Origin: Squalus acanthias
Taxonomy: Eukaryota
DNA: 64,000 bases
Assembly (NCBI GenBank): GCA_030390025.1
Contig: CM059425.1
Coordinates: forward strand, 172,672,001-172,736,000
Direction of reading: 5' to 3'
In this document: in pieces, positions 50,314-61,863 of the stretch
How positions within the stretch are numbered: position 1 is the first letter of the stretch
How the letters are laid out: every line of letters starts with the position of its first letter
Program-made: the position numbers and the translations under genes
Notes under the pieces: model-generated
The model's input: the letters and a program-made list of their open reading frames with translations, nothing else
Database searches by the model: none
Told to the model about the DNA's origin: nothing

Positions 50314-51763
50314 ACATAAGACCTGTGACCAGCAGTCAGTTGAAGCCACACATGCTTGTGTTGTGCTCTCCTGCTGTAATTAGTTAATTAACAGTCAATT
50401 GAAGCCAATTAAAATGTAAGACGAAGAGCATCAAATCAGTCAATTGAAGAATTGCTCATTTTCTGGCAATCCCACTCCTGTTTGTGATGCTGGAGAATGC
50501 CGTGTGCCAGTCACGGATTGATTGCGCTGCTTGATTGCGCTGATTCATAGGAGATTTTATGTCTGCGATTATCCTAATGAGTTTGCGTGGAAACTTCAGC
50601 ATAACTTCACCTCGGCAAAACCAGTGCAGTGCATTCTGGATGCATTTTCTGATTGTGCCCCATGCGGAAACTTCACGTCGAAATTTAAACTTTAAAACTA
50701 ACTTCAAAATTAATTTATCTGAGGAGATGAAAAGAAAGACTTGCATTAATCATTGTGGAACAGATCCAACGTGGGATCAGAGCTTTGTATCATATCTGCA
50801 TACAGACTCAAACAGTTACAATGTTCTAGTATACCAGGCTGTCCCATTAATAGGAAAATCCTATCAAAAGTGTCACCGAGCAGACATCACTAGATGTAAT
50901 GCAGCTGTGCAAGCAATTCACATTGCAGTCTCCATAAGGCATATTGACCAGTGGCAGAACATAAAGATTTTAATAATATATGGATGATTGCCTGTATAAA
51001 CAACTACTTCTGTATGTCATCATACTTTTTCTATAGTTGACTATAATAGGCTTTTTTATATCTGTGATAGCAGATGAAGTTGTGAATGGTAGATAGTAGA
51101 TATATTTAACTCACTTATGTGATGAGGGCTTCACTTATCTTGTGTTTATAGCGTTCAGTGCTGTAGTGTGTGCTGTTAAATATATCATTACTATTTTGTC
51201 CACAGTGGGTTTTAATAAAATACTGAGCCAATCACATTCTTTATTATATATCTTTAGTCAAATGTAGATTATTAAATAAACTCTGCATCCTTACATTATA
51301 CCTAATTGTGTTTTAGATTGTTTAGTGCATAAAAAGCTATTTATAGCTCTCTGCTTTGTTTGCAGTTTGCACAGACCTTTTATGTTCAATTTGTTACCAA
51401 CAAGACTGAAGAAACATTATTGAAATTCTAGTTCAAAAGTTCTTAATACTTTTAAAAGAACAGGCCTGGCTGTTTACAGTGTGCTCGATGTGGGGTATTC
51501 CACAGTGGATATTTTTTTCGTTTAAAGGCCTTGGAGTTATGCAACTCATCCAACTAGTAGTGTGGTTTATCAGAGCCCATCTATTCCCTATCGGGGATCT
51601 CTGAGTTGCCTAGCAAAGAGGGAAAAATCAACTTTTTAAAAACATAGGACAAAATTCTGATGAGCGCATTATTTTTCTCTATAAAATGGGGAGTATTTTC
51701 AATAAAAATTACTCCCCCTAGACTCTCCATGTTCTTTAAATGCATTGGATTACAGAATGTAAT

Positions 51764-52503
51764 GGCCCAAAAATTCGTGAGGAAGCCTTCGTGCGAGGGT
51801 AAGGCCTCCCCGCGATCTCTCACTCCGCGTTGGCTTTTTCAGTTCCAGCTCGCACGAAGTGGATGTTCTGGACAGCTGCTGTGCTGGGCTTGCGTATCCC
51901 ACCGGCGTAGTTAATTCGTGCGAGCTGTGGGATCACGTGACTCAGTTAGAGCCAATGGCAGCACACCATCTTCCATTCATAACTTTCACATAAGTGCTGT
52001 GAAAGTTATGAATACTATAGCCCCCCAAAAGAACCGCTAAACCTCAATTAAATTTAAAAAAAAACCATCACATTAATAAAATAAGTATAGTTAAATAAAT
52101 TAACCATTTTAAATAAAAAATTAAATTTTTGAAAAAATTTAAAATCTTTTAAAAAGTTATAAAAATAAACTTACCTGTCTTTAAAGTCTCTAAAAAAGAT
52201 ATACCTGTTAAAAAAAATTCAAAATAATACTTAATTCACTACTTACCTTGTTAAAAGTGGGTCTTACTCCTTTTTTTATGTGTAGAATCTTCCGTACTTA
52301 CCTGCGCGTTGAAACCACTAAGTGCACAGCGTGCGCGCAGCCTGTAGCGCGCACGCGGTTCACCTAGGACCCGCCCCCTTTTCTATTCACCAAGTGCCGG
52401 TTTTCAGCGCATGCGCAGTGCATGCAGAAAACCGGCAATTGGAGACAGAATACGCGAGAGTACGCAGTGCGTACTCTCGCGTAGCGGCACTAATTTTTGG
52501 GCC
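51764..52503. mobile_element. PIF/Harbinger-type MITE (family of 7294-8050)
   Basis: TIR GGCCCAAAAATT(C/A)GTG; flanks aat/att; perfect internal palindrome at 52451-52483. Confidence 0.82.
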
Positions 52504-52733
52504 ATTTAATAGGTAATTTAAAGAAGGATTAATTTTGTCTTCATAATTAAACAGGTTTAGAAGTAAAATCAAATTACACGCACTCCCTGTTTTTTTTTAA
52601 TATGTTTTGGTAAGCATTTCTTAATCTCCAACCTCGTCGTTTCTTAAACCATGGCTATTGAAGTAACACTGAATTTTCATGATTTGTCTTCTTGCTATGA
52701 AATTCTAAAACTTCTCGCTTGTTTTCTTTCCAG

Positions 52734-52861
52734 GCTTTGTGAACTGGGTCAGTTTGAAATAACAACAGGAGGCTGGGTCATGACTGATGAGGCTAGTACA
52801 CATTATTATGCGATGATTGACCAGCTGCTTGAAGGACATCAGTGGCTTGAGAGAAACCTAG
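52734..52861 (+). CDS. MAN2A1: MAN2A1 exon 5 equivalent, 128 nt
   Basis: Acceptor gttttctttccAG; donor CTAG|GTGAGA at 52862. Translates (R)[42 protein letters not shown](G). Confidence 0.96.
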
Positions 52862-53194
52862 GTGAGAATTATTCACACATTTTTCTTACATCTTTCCCTT
52901 CAACTCTTAATTTTCTCATCCTCTTTCACCACTCAGGACTACAGTTACAATCTATCCCAGAGCTTGATTACCTGCTTGTATAAATTGGTTATTGATCCTG
53001 TGCTTCTGTAGGTATGATCCAAGTGTCAGCTGCACTGTTCAACCAGCAATGAACTCACAATCAGTATATTTATAAAATGCTCTCCTTAATTAGTGATTTT
53101 TTAAAATTAAAATATTTTATGTAACAACAATAACTTTTCTAAAATGCAGCCAAACCTAATTTATAATTGTGAATGAGCTGGAAGATCTTTTATA

Positions 53195-53910
53195 TCTGCG
53201 ACAACCCTCTTCCCCTTGCCCACCAAGCCAAACAATCCCTAAGGTTCCCCCTGCCCTAGCCCTGTACATGCGTCTTTCTCTAGTTTCTTTCCTACCTCCC
53301 CTCAAGCCCTCTTCGAGCTCATCATGTCCATGAGACCTACCTCTTTCTCTCTTGATCCTACTCCATTAAACTGCTGACCTTCCTAGCCCCATGTTAGCTG
53401 ACATTGTAAATGGTTCCCACTCCCTTTCAGAACTGCTGCCATCAACCTCCTCCTCAAAAAAAAACCCTGACTCCTATGTTCTATGAAAACTACCACCCCA
53501 TCTCCAACATCCCTTTCCTCTCAAGTCCATGAACATGTTGTTGTCTTGTAATTCCGTGTCCATCTTTCCGCAATTCATGTTTGAATCTCTCCAGTCAGGT
53601 TTCCATCACTGACACAGCACTGAAATGGCTCTAATCAAAATCACAAATGACATCCTCTATGACTGTGACCGTGGTACACCAATCCCTTATTGCCCTTCTT
53701 GACCTTTCTGCAGCTTTTGTATTCTATCTCGTGCCAAATCCCAGTCACCCAACACCCCTCTCCCCGCTGACCTACATTGACTCCTGATCGTCCAATGCAT
53801 CTGGTTTAAAATTCTCAAACTTGTGTTCAAATCCCTCGATAGCCTTGCTCCTCCCTATCTCTGTAACCTTCTCCAGATCTACAATCCTCTAAGAACTTTG
53901 CGTTCCTCCA
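53195..53910 (+). mobile_element. Decayed L2 fragment
   Basis: Colinear with 690-1170 and 1900-2050 (atgttagctgacattgtaaatggttc, caaatgacatcctctatgactgtgac). Confidence 0.8.
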
Positions 53911-54946
53911 AAACAAAGTTTCTTTGTCTTTGTGGAAAAAAGATATTATACATATTAGTGATATCTATATTTCGATTGGAGACTACCTAAGCCAGCAGGT
54001 AGCCCAGAGGGAAATCATTAGGTATACTCAAAAGTTAATTGCATCAAAAATTCCATCATGTCTTTGAAACATTAAATGCATGTGAAACTTGTCTATTGGA
54101 CACTTGAGGGTCCTTGGAGATGTTACGACGGATAGGGTTGGGGCCTGTGAACTTCTATCTCGAGTACCTCCCTACTGATTGCTATCTCTGGCGAACCAGA
54201 CTACAGTTCACTAGCCAGGGAGAGGGGATTTGTACCTTGGGCTCGAGTACGGTTAACCACACCAATAAATAGATTAGTTTAAAGAATTGTTGATTTGGCA
54301 TCAGATTTGTCCACATGCATAAATCTCACTTCAGGTGGCTTAATGCAGCAAAAGGCAAACATATAACTGAACAGTTAATGGACATAGCAGCAATATAACT
54401 AAAATATATATAAGTGCATCCACAATATCGTCTGCCAAGCAGGCAGCTACAGATCATCAGCAACTAAGGTTCTCCTCCTGCTAAGGTTTCACCTGCCTGG
54501 GGATTCATTGACTTCTAAGGCTTCATCTCAACAAAAATTTGGTTTATATCCCCTTCTAACTCACAGGTAAGCCCTCTCATCCTGCAATGCCACCTCATTA
54601 TTAAATTCGCCCCTTTTTTAAGTGACCTGTCCTTTTTTTCCAGTTCCGTAGCATCTAGTTCATTCTAAGCCGACCTCCACCCCCTTGTACCTAGAACAGT
54701 CTGTTCCTTTCAAGAGGAAATGGCTAAATTAAGAAAGAAGGGGCACCAATCTTCTGCAACAATGTTGCAGCAGTCGGGACAGTATTCTGGAAGAAGTGAC
54801 CTGAAGTGCCCTCATCAAGATACAAACCTATCTTGTGATCTTGAGTGACACCTCCATGTTTATACACTTATACCTAGTGTAAGCAGCCATATATGTTGGC
54901 CCGTAATTTCCAATAGGAGGTTTCCTGTGTGCGGATGCCTCCTATC

Positions 54947-57409
54947 TAGGGTTGCGAAGGGGTGGAAAGTTTCCGGAAATTTTCCACAGGAAGTTTAGCT
55001 TGGGAATTCTGCCCAAAAAAGCACATGCTAGCATAATATTGTTTTTTTTTTGTATTTTTTTTTTCCACAGGTCCTCTCTTAAAATTACTAACAGAGATGG
55101 AATCTTAATTATTAAGGAATTTCTTAATCAATATATGTTTATCTTCTTACTTGGCTTGTTTTAATAATTACAAGTTTTGTGTGTGACTGTGAACAAATGT
55201 GTCCTGATTGGTTGGATAAGTGGATGAGCGATTAGCTCCCTCTATTGGTGATGTAGCGTCGTGTGTGCACAGGTCATGCTTCCATCACATGGAGCATCAG
55301 GAAAAATTTACTCACCCTGTTGCAATCGTGCTGATCGACCGCAGTTCGACACAGAGACGAATGCCCTTTATTTCTCTGCATAGAACAATGCCACGTTTAC
55401 CGTCGGATGTGTGGAAGCATTTTACCCCAGGCATTAAAGATGGAAAGACTGTGTACATGTGCAAACACTGTACAAAGCCATATGTAAAGAATGCCACAAA
55501 GATGCAGCAGCATTTATCCAAATGCAACAACTTCACTCAAAGCTCACAGCAGTCAGCCCAGAGTTCCTTTGCTTCCATTCAAGAAGATGATGGTTCACAT
55601 TCAGCATCAGGCTCCTTATCAGCAACTCCTGGCCCACTTGGAAGGTTCTTTGATACAATGGATAATCATAGCCAGAAGAATGCAGATGAGTGCCTTGCTC
55701 GAGCTGTATATGCGACAGGCTCACCCCTCATGCTCACAGCCAATGTGTACTGGAAGAGATTTTTCAATGTTATTCGCCTTGCATACTGTCCTCCCACCAG
55801 ACATGCTTTGTCTACTTATTTGCTGGAGGCTGAGTATAACAGAGTCCAAGGAAAGCTCAAAGAAACGATAGATATGGCAGACTGTGTTGCAGTTATCTCA
55901 GATGGGTAGTCAAATGTACGAGGGGAGGGCATCATAAACTACATCATCTCCACTCCTCTCCCAGTGTTCTTCAAGAGCACAGACACGAAGGACAACAGAC
56001 ACACAGGCACATACATTGCTGATGAGCTGAAAGCGGTCATCAACGATCTTGGCTCACAAAAGGTCTTTGCAGTAGTTACTGACAATGCTGCGAATATGAA
56101 GGCTGCTTGGGCTCAAGTGGAGGAGGCCTACCCTCATATTACGTCTATTGGGTGCTCAGCTCATGGGCTCAACCTGCTCCTCAAGGACATCATGGGTTTG
56201 AGAACCATGGAAACACTGTACAAGAGAGCCAAGCAAGTTGTTAAGTATGTCAGGGGAAAACAGGTAGTTGCAGCAACCTACAACTCCAAGCAAACGACAA
56301 AGAACAAGAACACCACACTGAAGCTGCCCAGCAACACTAGATGGGGTGGTGTTGTCATAATGTACAACAGCCTTCTGGAGGGTAAGGAGTCGCTGCAAGA
56401 AATGGCAATATCCCAGTCTGGGGATATGGAAACCACCATCAAGAAAATACTGCTGGATGATGTGTTTTGGGAGAGAGTGGTTAGCAGCCTTAAACTACTC
56501 TCACCAGTAGCATCTGCAATTGCTCAGATTGAAGGAGATGACACTGTCTTGTCAGATGTTCTCAGGCTTTTTGCTGATTTAAAAGAACAAATCAGCATTG
56601 CCCTACCCACATCCCTGCTGCTCAAAGCAGAGGAGAAGGCAATTGTTCAATTCATACAGACGCGTCAAGAATTTTGTGTCAAGCCGATTCATGCTGCAGC
56701 ATACATGCTGGACCCAAAGCATGTTGGGAGACCAATACTTTCTGGAGAACAGATCAACAGCACTTACAGTGTGATTTCTACCCTCTCACGCCACCTCAAT
56801 CTGGACGTGGGCAAAGTTCTGGGAAGTCTGGCAAAGTTCTCTACCAAGCAAGGTCTTTGGAATGGGGACGGAATATGGGAATCATGCAAGCATATCAGTG
56901 CACATACCTGGTGGAAGGGACTTTGTGCATCTGAGGCCCTGTCACCCATTGCATCTGTGATACTCCAAATCCCACCTTCATCAGCGGCCTCTGAACGAAA
57001 CTGGTTACTTTTTGGGAATGCGCATACAAAGGTGCGCAACAGGCTGACTAACAAGAGAGTGGAGAAACTGGTGGCTATCCGGGCGAACCTACAACTTATT
57101 GAGCCAGATACAGAAGTGTTCACCACACAGCTAGACAGTGACACAGAGGAGGAAATGGACACGTCAGAGCCAGAGTCAGAGAATCAGGAGGAGCAATGAT
57201 GAGTAGAAGACTCAAAGGGACAAAATAAGGACAAATTACAGGCTAAATAAGCTGTTTTTATTTGTATGGAACAGTATGTCTATTTTGATGACAAAGATAA
57301 TATAAGGGTCAGAGACGAAAACCATCAGTGTGCAAAAAAAAGTCTAAATTCCTGAAAATTCCCATGGAAAGTTTCCTCTTTTAAAAATTCCCGGAATTTT
57401 GCAATCCTA
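54947..57409 (+). mobile_element. Full-length hAT DNA transposon (Ac-like TAGGG ends), 2463 bp
   Basis: Perfect 8-bp TSD CTCCTATC (54939-54946, 57410-57417); TIRs TAGGGTTGCGAA / TTTGCAATCCTA; subterminal GGAAA/TTTCC repeats at both ends. Confidence 0.95.
55388..57199 (+). pseudogene. hAT transposase (603 codons: BED finger, DDE core, hATC dimerisation domain) with one in-frame stop at 55907-55909
   Basis: VWKHF..CKHC..HLSKC; ISDG*SN (expected DGWSN); VVTDNAANM; CSAH; NTRW; SAASERNW. The two ORF-track ORFs lie in the same frame. Confidence 0.92.
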
Positions 57410-58150
57410 CTCCTATCGGGGAAAAAAATCTATGAACTTACCTGAGGGCTCCCGAGGTCCGGACACTTCCGCTCCTGGGCCTCTCCACAGTCGAAATGCG
57501 CAGGGCCCACGTATCCCAGGGGCGCAGGCGGTTCACAAGCATCCCTGGGATCACGTGGGTCAGGCCAGCCAATAAGAGAAGGGAATCTCCCTTCATACTT
57601 TTGACAGATAGACCTGTCAAATATATGAATGAAGATCACCCCAAAAAGACACTAAAACATTAAATAAATTTTTTTTTAAAAATCACGTTTTTAAAATGAG
57701 TTAAAATTACATTAAATTAGATATTTTAAACAAAAATTTTATTTTTTGAAAAAAATAATTAAAGTTTTTTACAGGGCTAAAAATAAACTTAACTTTTTTT
57801 AATAGTATTTTTAAATTATAAATTAGTGAAATTTTTTTAAAACATTTTTTCAACTCTTATGCTTCCAGGTGTAAGATTTTTAAGTGATTTCAGCGGGCGG
57901 AGGTTCTGCAGAAAGCGGAACTCTCCACCCGCAGAGGCCCTTCTCTAGGGCAGGCATCCGATCTGTCAAGAGGATTCTTGACAGATCAGAAATGCCAGTT
58001 TTCAGCACATGCGCTTCGCATGCCTGAAACTGGCATTTCCGATGTCCCTACGGGTGTGTACACAGCACGTACACACCTGTAGGCATCGGAAAATATGGGC
58101 AGTTATCTACTAGTGGAAAAGTAAGAACATAGTGTATGTTCCACAGAATA

Positions 58151-60750
58151 CATAGAAACATAGAAGATAGGAGCAGGAGTAGGCCATTCGGCCCCTCGAG
58201 CCTGCTCCGCCATTCGATGAGATCATGGCTGATCATCCAAACTCAGTACCCTGTACCTGCCTTCTCCCCATATACCTCGATACCTTTAGCTTTAAGAAAT
58301 ATATCGAACTCATTCTTGAATATATTTAATGACCTGGCCTCAACTACCTTCTGTGGTAGAGAATTCCACAGGTTCACCACTCTCTGGGTGAAGAAATTCC
58401 TCCTCCTTTCTGTCCTAAATGGCTTACCCGTTCTCCTTAGATTATGACCCCTGGTTCTGGACTCTCCGACCATCGGGAACATTCTTCCTGCATCTAGTTT
58501 GTCCAGACCTGTCAGAATTTTATGTTTCGATGAGATCCCCTCTCATTCTTCTATACTCCAGCGAGTATAAGCCCAATCGACCCAATCTCTCCTCATATGT
58601 CATTCCTGCCATCCCAGGTATCAGCCTTGTGAATCTTAGCTGAACTCCTTCCATGGCAAGAACATCCTTCCTCAGATAAGGCGACCAAAACTGCACACAG
58701 TACTCAAGGTGTGGTCTCACCAAGGCCCTGTACAACTGCAGCAGGACATCCCTGTTCCTATACTCAAACCCTTTCGCTATGAAGGCCAACATACCATTTG
58801 CCTTCTTCACCGCCTGTTGCACCTGCATGCTTACTTTCAGCGACTGGTGCATAAGGACGCCCAGGTCTCGTTGCACTTCCCCTTCTCCCAATCTATTGCC
58901 ATTCAGATAATAGTCTGCCTTTCTGTTTTTGACACCAAAGTGGATAACCTCGCACTTATCCACGTTATATTGCATCTGCCACGCTTCTGCCCACTCACCC
59001 AACCTGTCCAAATCATCCTGGAGTTTCTCAGTATCCTCCTCGCAGCACACATGCCCACCCAGCTTTGTGTCATCTGCAAACTTGGAGATATTACATTTAG
59101 TTCCCTTATCTAGATCATTAATGTATATTGTGAATAGCTGGGGTCCAAGGACCGATCCCTGCGGTACCCCACTAGTCACTGCTTGCCACTCGGAAAAAGA
59201 CCCATTAATTCCTACTCTCTGCTTTCTGTCCGCCAACCAGTTCTCTATCCAAGTCAATACCTTGCCCCCAATCCCATGTGCCTTAACTTTACACGCTAAT
59301 CTCTTATGCGGGACCTTATCGAAAGCCTTTTGAAAGTCCAAATACACCACATCTACTGGTTCTCCCTTATCTATTTTCCCAGTTACATCCTCAAAAAATT
59401 CCAGTAGATTAGTCAAGCACGATTTACCTTTTGTAAATCCATGTTGACTTTGTCCGATCCTGTCACTGTTTTTCAAGTGCTCAGCTATTACATCCTTCAT
59501 AATGGACTCTAGCATTTTCCCCAATACCGATGTCAGGCTTACCGGTCTGTAATTCCCCGCTTTCTCTCTCCCACCTTTTTTGAATAGTGGGGTAACTTTA
59601 GCTACCCTCCAATCCATGGGTACAGTTCCAGATTCCATCGAATGTTGGAAGATGATCAGCAATGCATCTACTATTTCTAGGGCCACTTCCTTAAGTACCC
59701 TAGGATGTAGATTATCAGGCCCTGGGGATTTATCGGCCTTCAATCCCGTCAATTTCCCTAACACCATTTCCCTGCAAATACTGATTTCTTTCAGTTTCTC
59801 CCTTTCATCAGACCCTATGTTCTCCAACATCTCTGGGAGGTTATTTGTGTCCTCCTTTGTGAAGACAGAACCAAAATATGCATTTAATTGGGCTGCCATT
59901 TCTTTGTTCCCCATTATAACTTCCCCGCTTCTGACTGCAAGGGACTGACACTTGATTTCACTAATCTTTTTCTCTTCACATATCTATAAAAGCTCTTACA
60001 GTCATTTTATGTTCCCAGCAAGCTGACTTTCATATTCTATTTTCCCCTTCTTAATTAATCCCTTTGTCGTCCTTTGTTGAATCCTAAACTGCTCCCAATC
60101 CTCAGGGCTACCGCTTTTCCTGGCCAATTTATATGCCCTCTCCTTGGATCTTATGCTATCCCTAATTTCCCTTGTTAGCCACGGTTGAGTCACCCTTTTT
60201 GTTTTATTCTTATGCCACACTGGGATGAACAAATTCTGTAGTTCATCCATGCAGTCTTTGAATGTTTGCCATTGCCTATCCACCGTCAACCCCTTGAGTG
60301 ACATTCCCCAATCAATCCTACCCAATTCGCGCCTCATACCATCGTAGTTTCCTTTATTTAAATTCAGGACCCTAGTCTCTGATTCAACGACTTCACTCTC
60401 CATCCTAATGAAGAATTCTATCATATTATGATCACTCTGACCCAAGGGGCCTCGTACAACAAGATTGCTAATTAATCCTTTCTCGTTACATAATACCCAG
60501 TCTAAGATGGCCTGATCTCTGGTTGGTTCCTCGACATATTGTTCCAGAAAACCATCTCGTAAACATTCTAGGAATTCCTCCTCCACAGTATTTTTACTAA
60601 TTTGGTTAGCCCAATCTATATGTAAATTAAAGTCACCCATGATGACTGCTGTGCCCTTACTGCATGCTTCTCTAATTTCCCTTTTAATGCCGTCCCGAAC
60701 CTCTGTATTACTGTTTGGAGGTCTATATACCACTCCCACTAACGTTTTCT
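58151..60750 (-). mobile_element. Young CR1 LINE, 5'-truncated, largely intact ORF2 (245-aa, 464-aa and 79-aa segments)
   Basis: [30 protein letters not shown]; tail catagaaacatagaa. Confidence 0.95.
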
Positions 60751-61047
60751 AATAGTTTATAGAGCAAGCTAACTCCCTATTAATTGAGTATCGAGTGAAG
60801 TAGGACAGATCCACTCTGTTAGATTCTGGTTGTTAGCTGTTAAATTTACTGCTTAGATGGACAGTCAACAAAATATCATTTGGAAAGAGGAAACTGAGAC
60901 TGCATTCATCCACAACAGAGAGAGCTAGGTGATATGCAAATTAGGTGCCAAAATCAATAGAAACCCATTACAATGGCTGGAGATATGGGGTGTGGCTTTC
61001 AAGGGATGATCGACTGCTATTTTCAAAATGAAAATTTTGGTTTAATA

Positions 61048-61277
61048 AAAGTAAAATACTGTGGATGATGGAAATCTGAAATAAAAACAGAAAATGCTGG
61101 AAACACTCAGCAGGTCAGTTTGCAACTGGGGAGAGAAGCAGAGTTAACATTTCAAGTCGTTGAGCTTTCATCAGAACCCACAATATTTTATCAGTTCTGA
61201 TGAAAGGTCATTAATCTGAAACATTAACCCGCATTCTCTTTCCACAGATGCTGCTTGACCTGCTGAGTGTTTCCAGC
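61048..61277. mobile_element. Penelope-derived fold-back mini-insertion with hammerhead cores on both strands
   Basis: TSD ATTTTGG(T/C)TTAATA (61034-61047, 61278-61291); CTGATGA...GAAA on - (61142-61177) and on + (61193-61229). Confidence 0.78.
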
Positions 61278-61863
61278 ATTTTGGCTTAATATGTCTGGGA
61301 TGAGTTGATTGACTCTCATTGTTTCTGCCTGAAGTAGACTGTGAGCCGCAACTTCCTCAAATCTGCTCATCTAGTTTAATACGCATCTTGCATGCCTGCG
61401 GCTTTCCTAAATGTGTGTAAATTCATTTGTTTTAAACACAGTTAAACATAACTCATTTCCAAATCATTTCCGTTAACAAAAAAGATAAAAACCCTGAAAT
61501 GTGACATGATGAATAGTAAAATTACTGATTCTTTCCCCCCCCCCCCCCCCCACCCCCAGATTTTGACTATAAAAATTCTGTCAAAAATTGCAATAAAGGA
61601 AATTAATTTAACGTTTGGAACTGGAGGAAATACATGTGCAAAGTGCTTGTATGTCGGAACTTTTGGGTAAAACTGAGGTAGGTTGTACTAGCATTTGTAT
61701 GTCCTTTTTCTACAAGGGCAAGGAAACTGTTTTGAAGAAAATACAACTACCTGAAGTCAATTTTAAAACACACTTTATTTTATAAAAAATAGAATAGAGA
61801 TATTTTGTATGATGGAGACCTGCTCCTGTTACACTGTCATTGCTTAATTCTTGACCGTAGTTA

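Larger units (their letters stand above)
49744..50679. mobile_element. Older Harbinger-type MITE (tentative)
   Basis: Imperfect TIRs GGCCTGGAGTTTCCACATG / CATGCGGAAACTTCACGTC; TSD not preserved. Confidence 0.55.
54898..58101. mobile_element. Harbinger-type MITE (family of 18087-18654) split by a hAT transposon
   Basis: TIRs GGCCCGTAATTTCC / GGAAAATATGGGCA; 3-bp TSD GTT/GTT. 54898-54946 joined to 57418-58101 reconstitutes the MITE. Confidence 0.85.

Noticed and set aside
54121..54850. Possible LTR (TGTTAC...GTGACA)
   Set aside because: Flanks show no TSD and no internal LTR signals could be confirmed.
55220..55387. N-terminal extension of the transposase ORF
   Set aside because: Starts at a GTG and lacks domain features; the ATG at 55388 directly precedes the BED finger.
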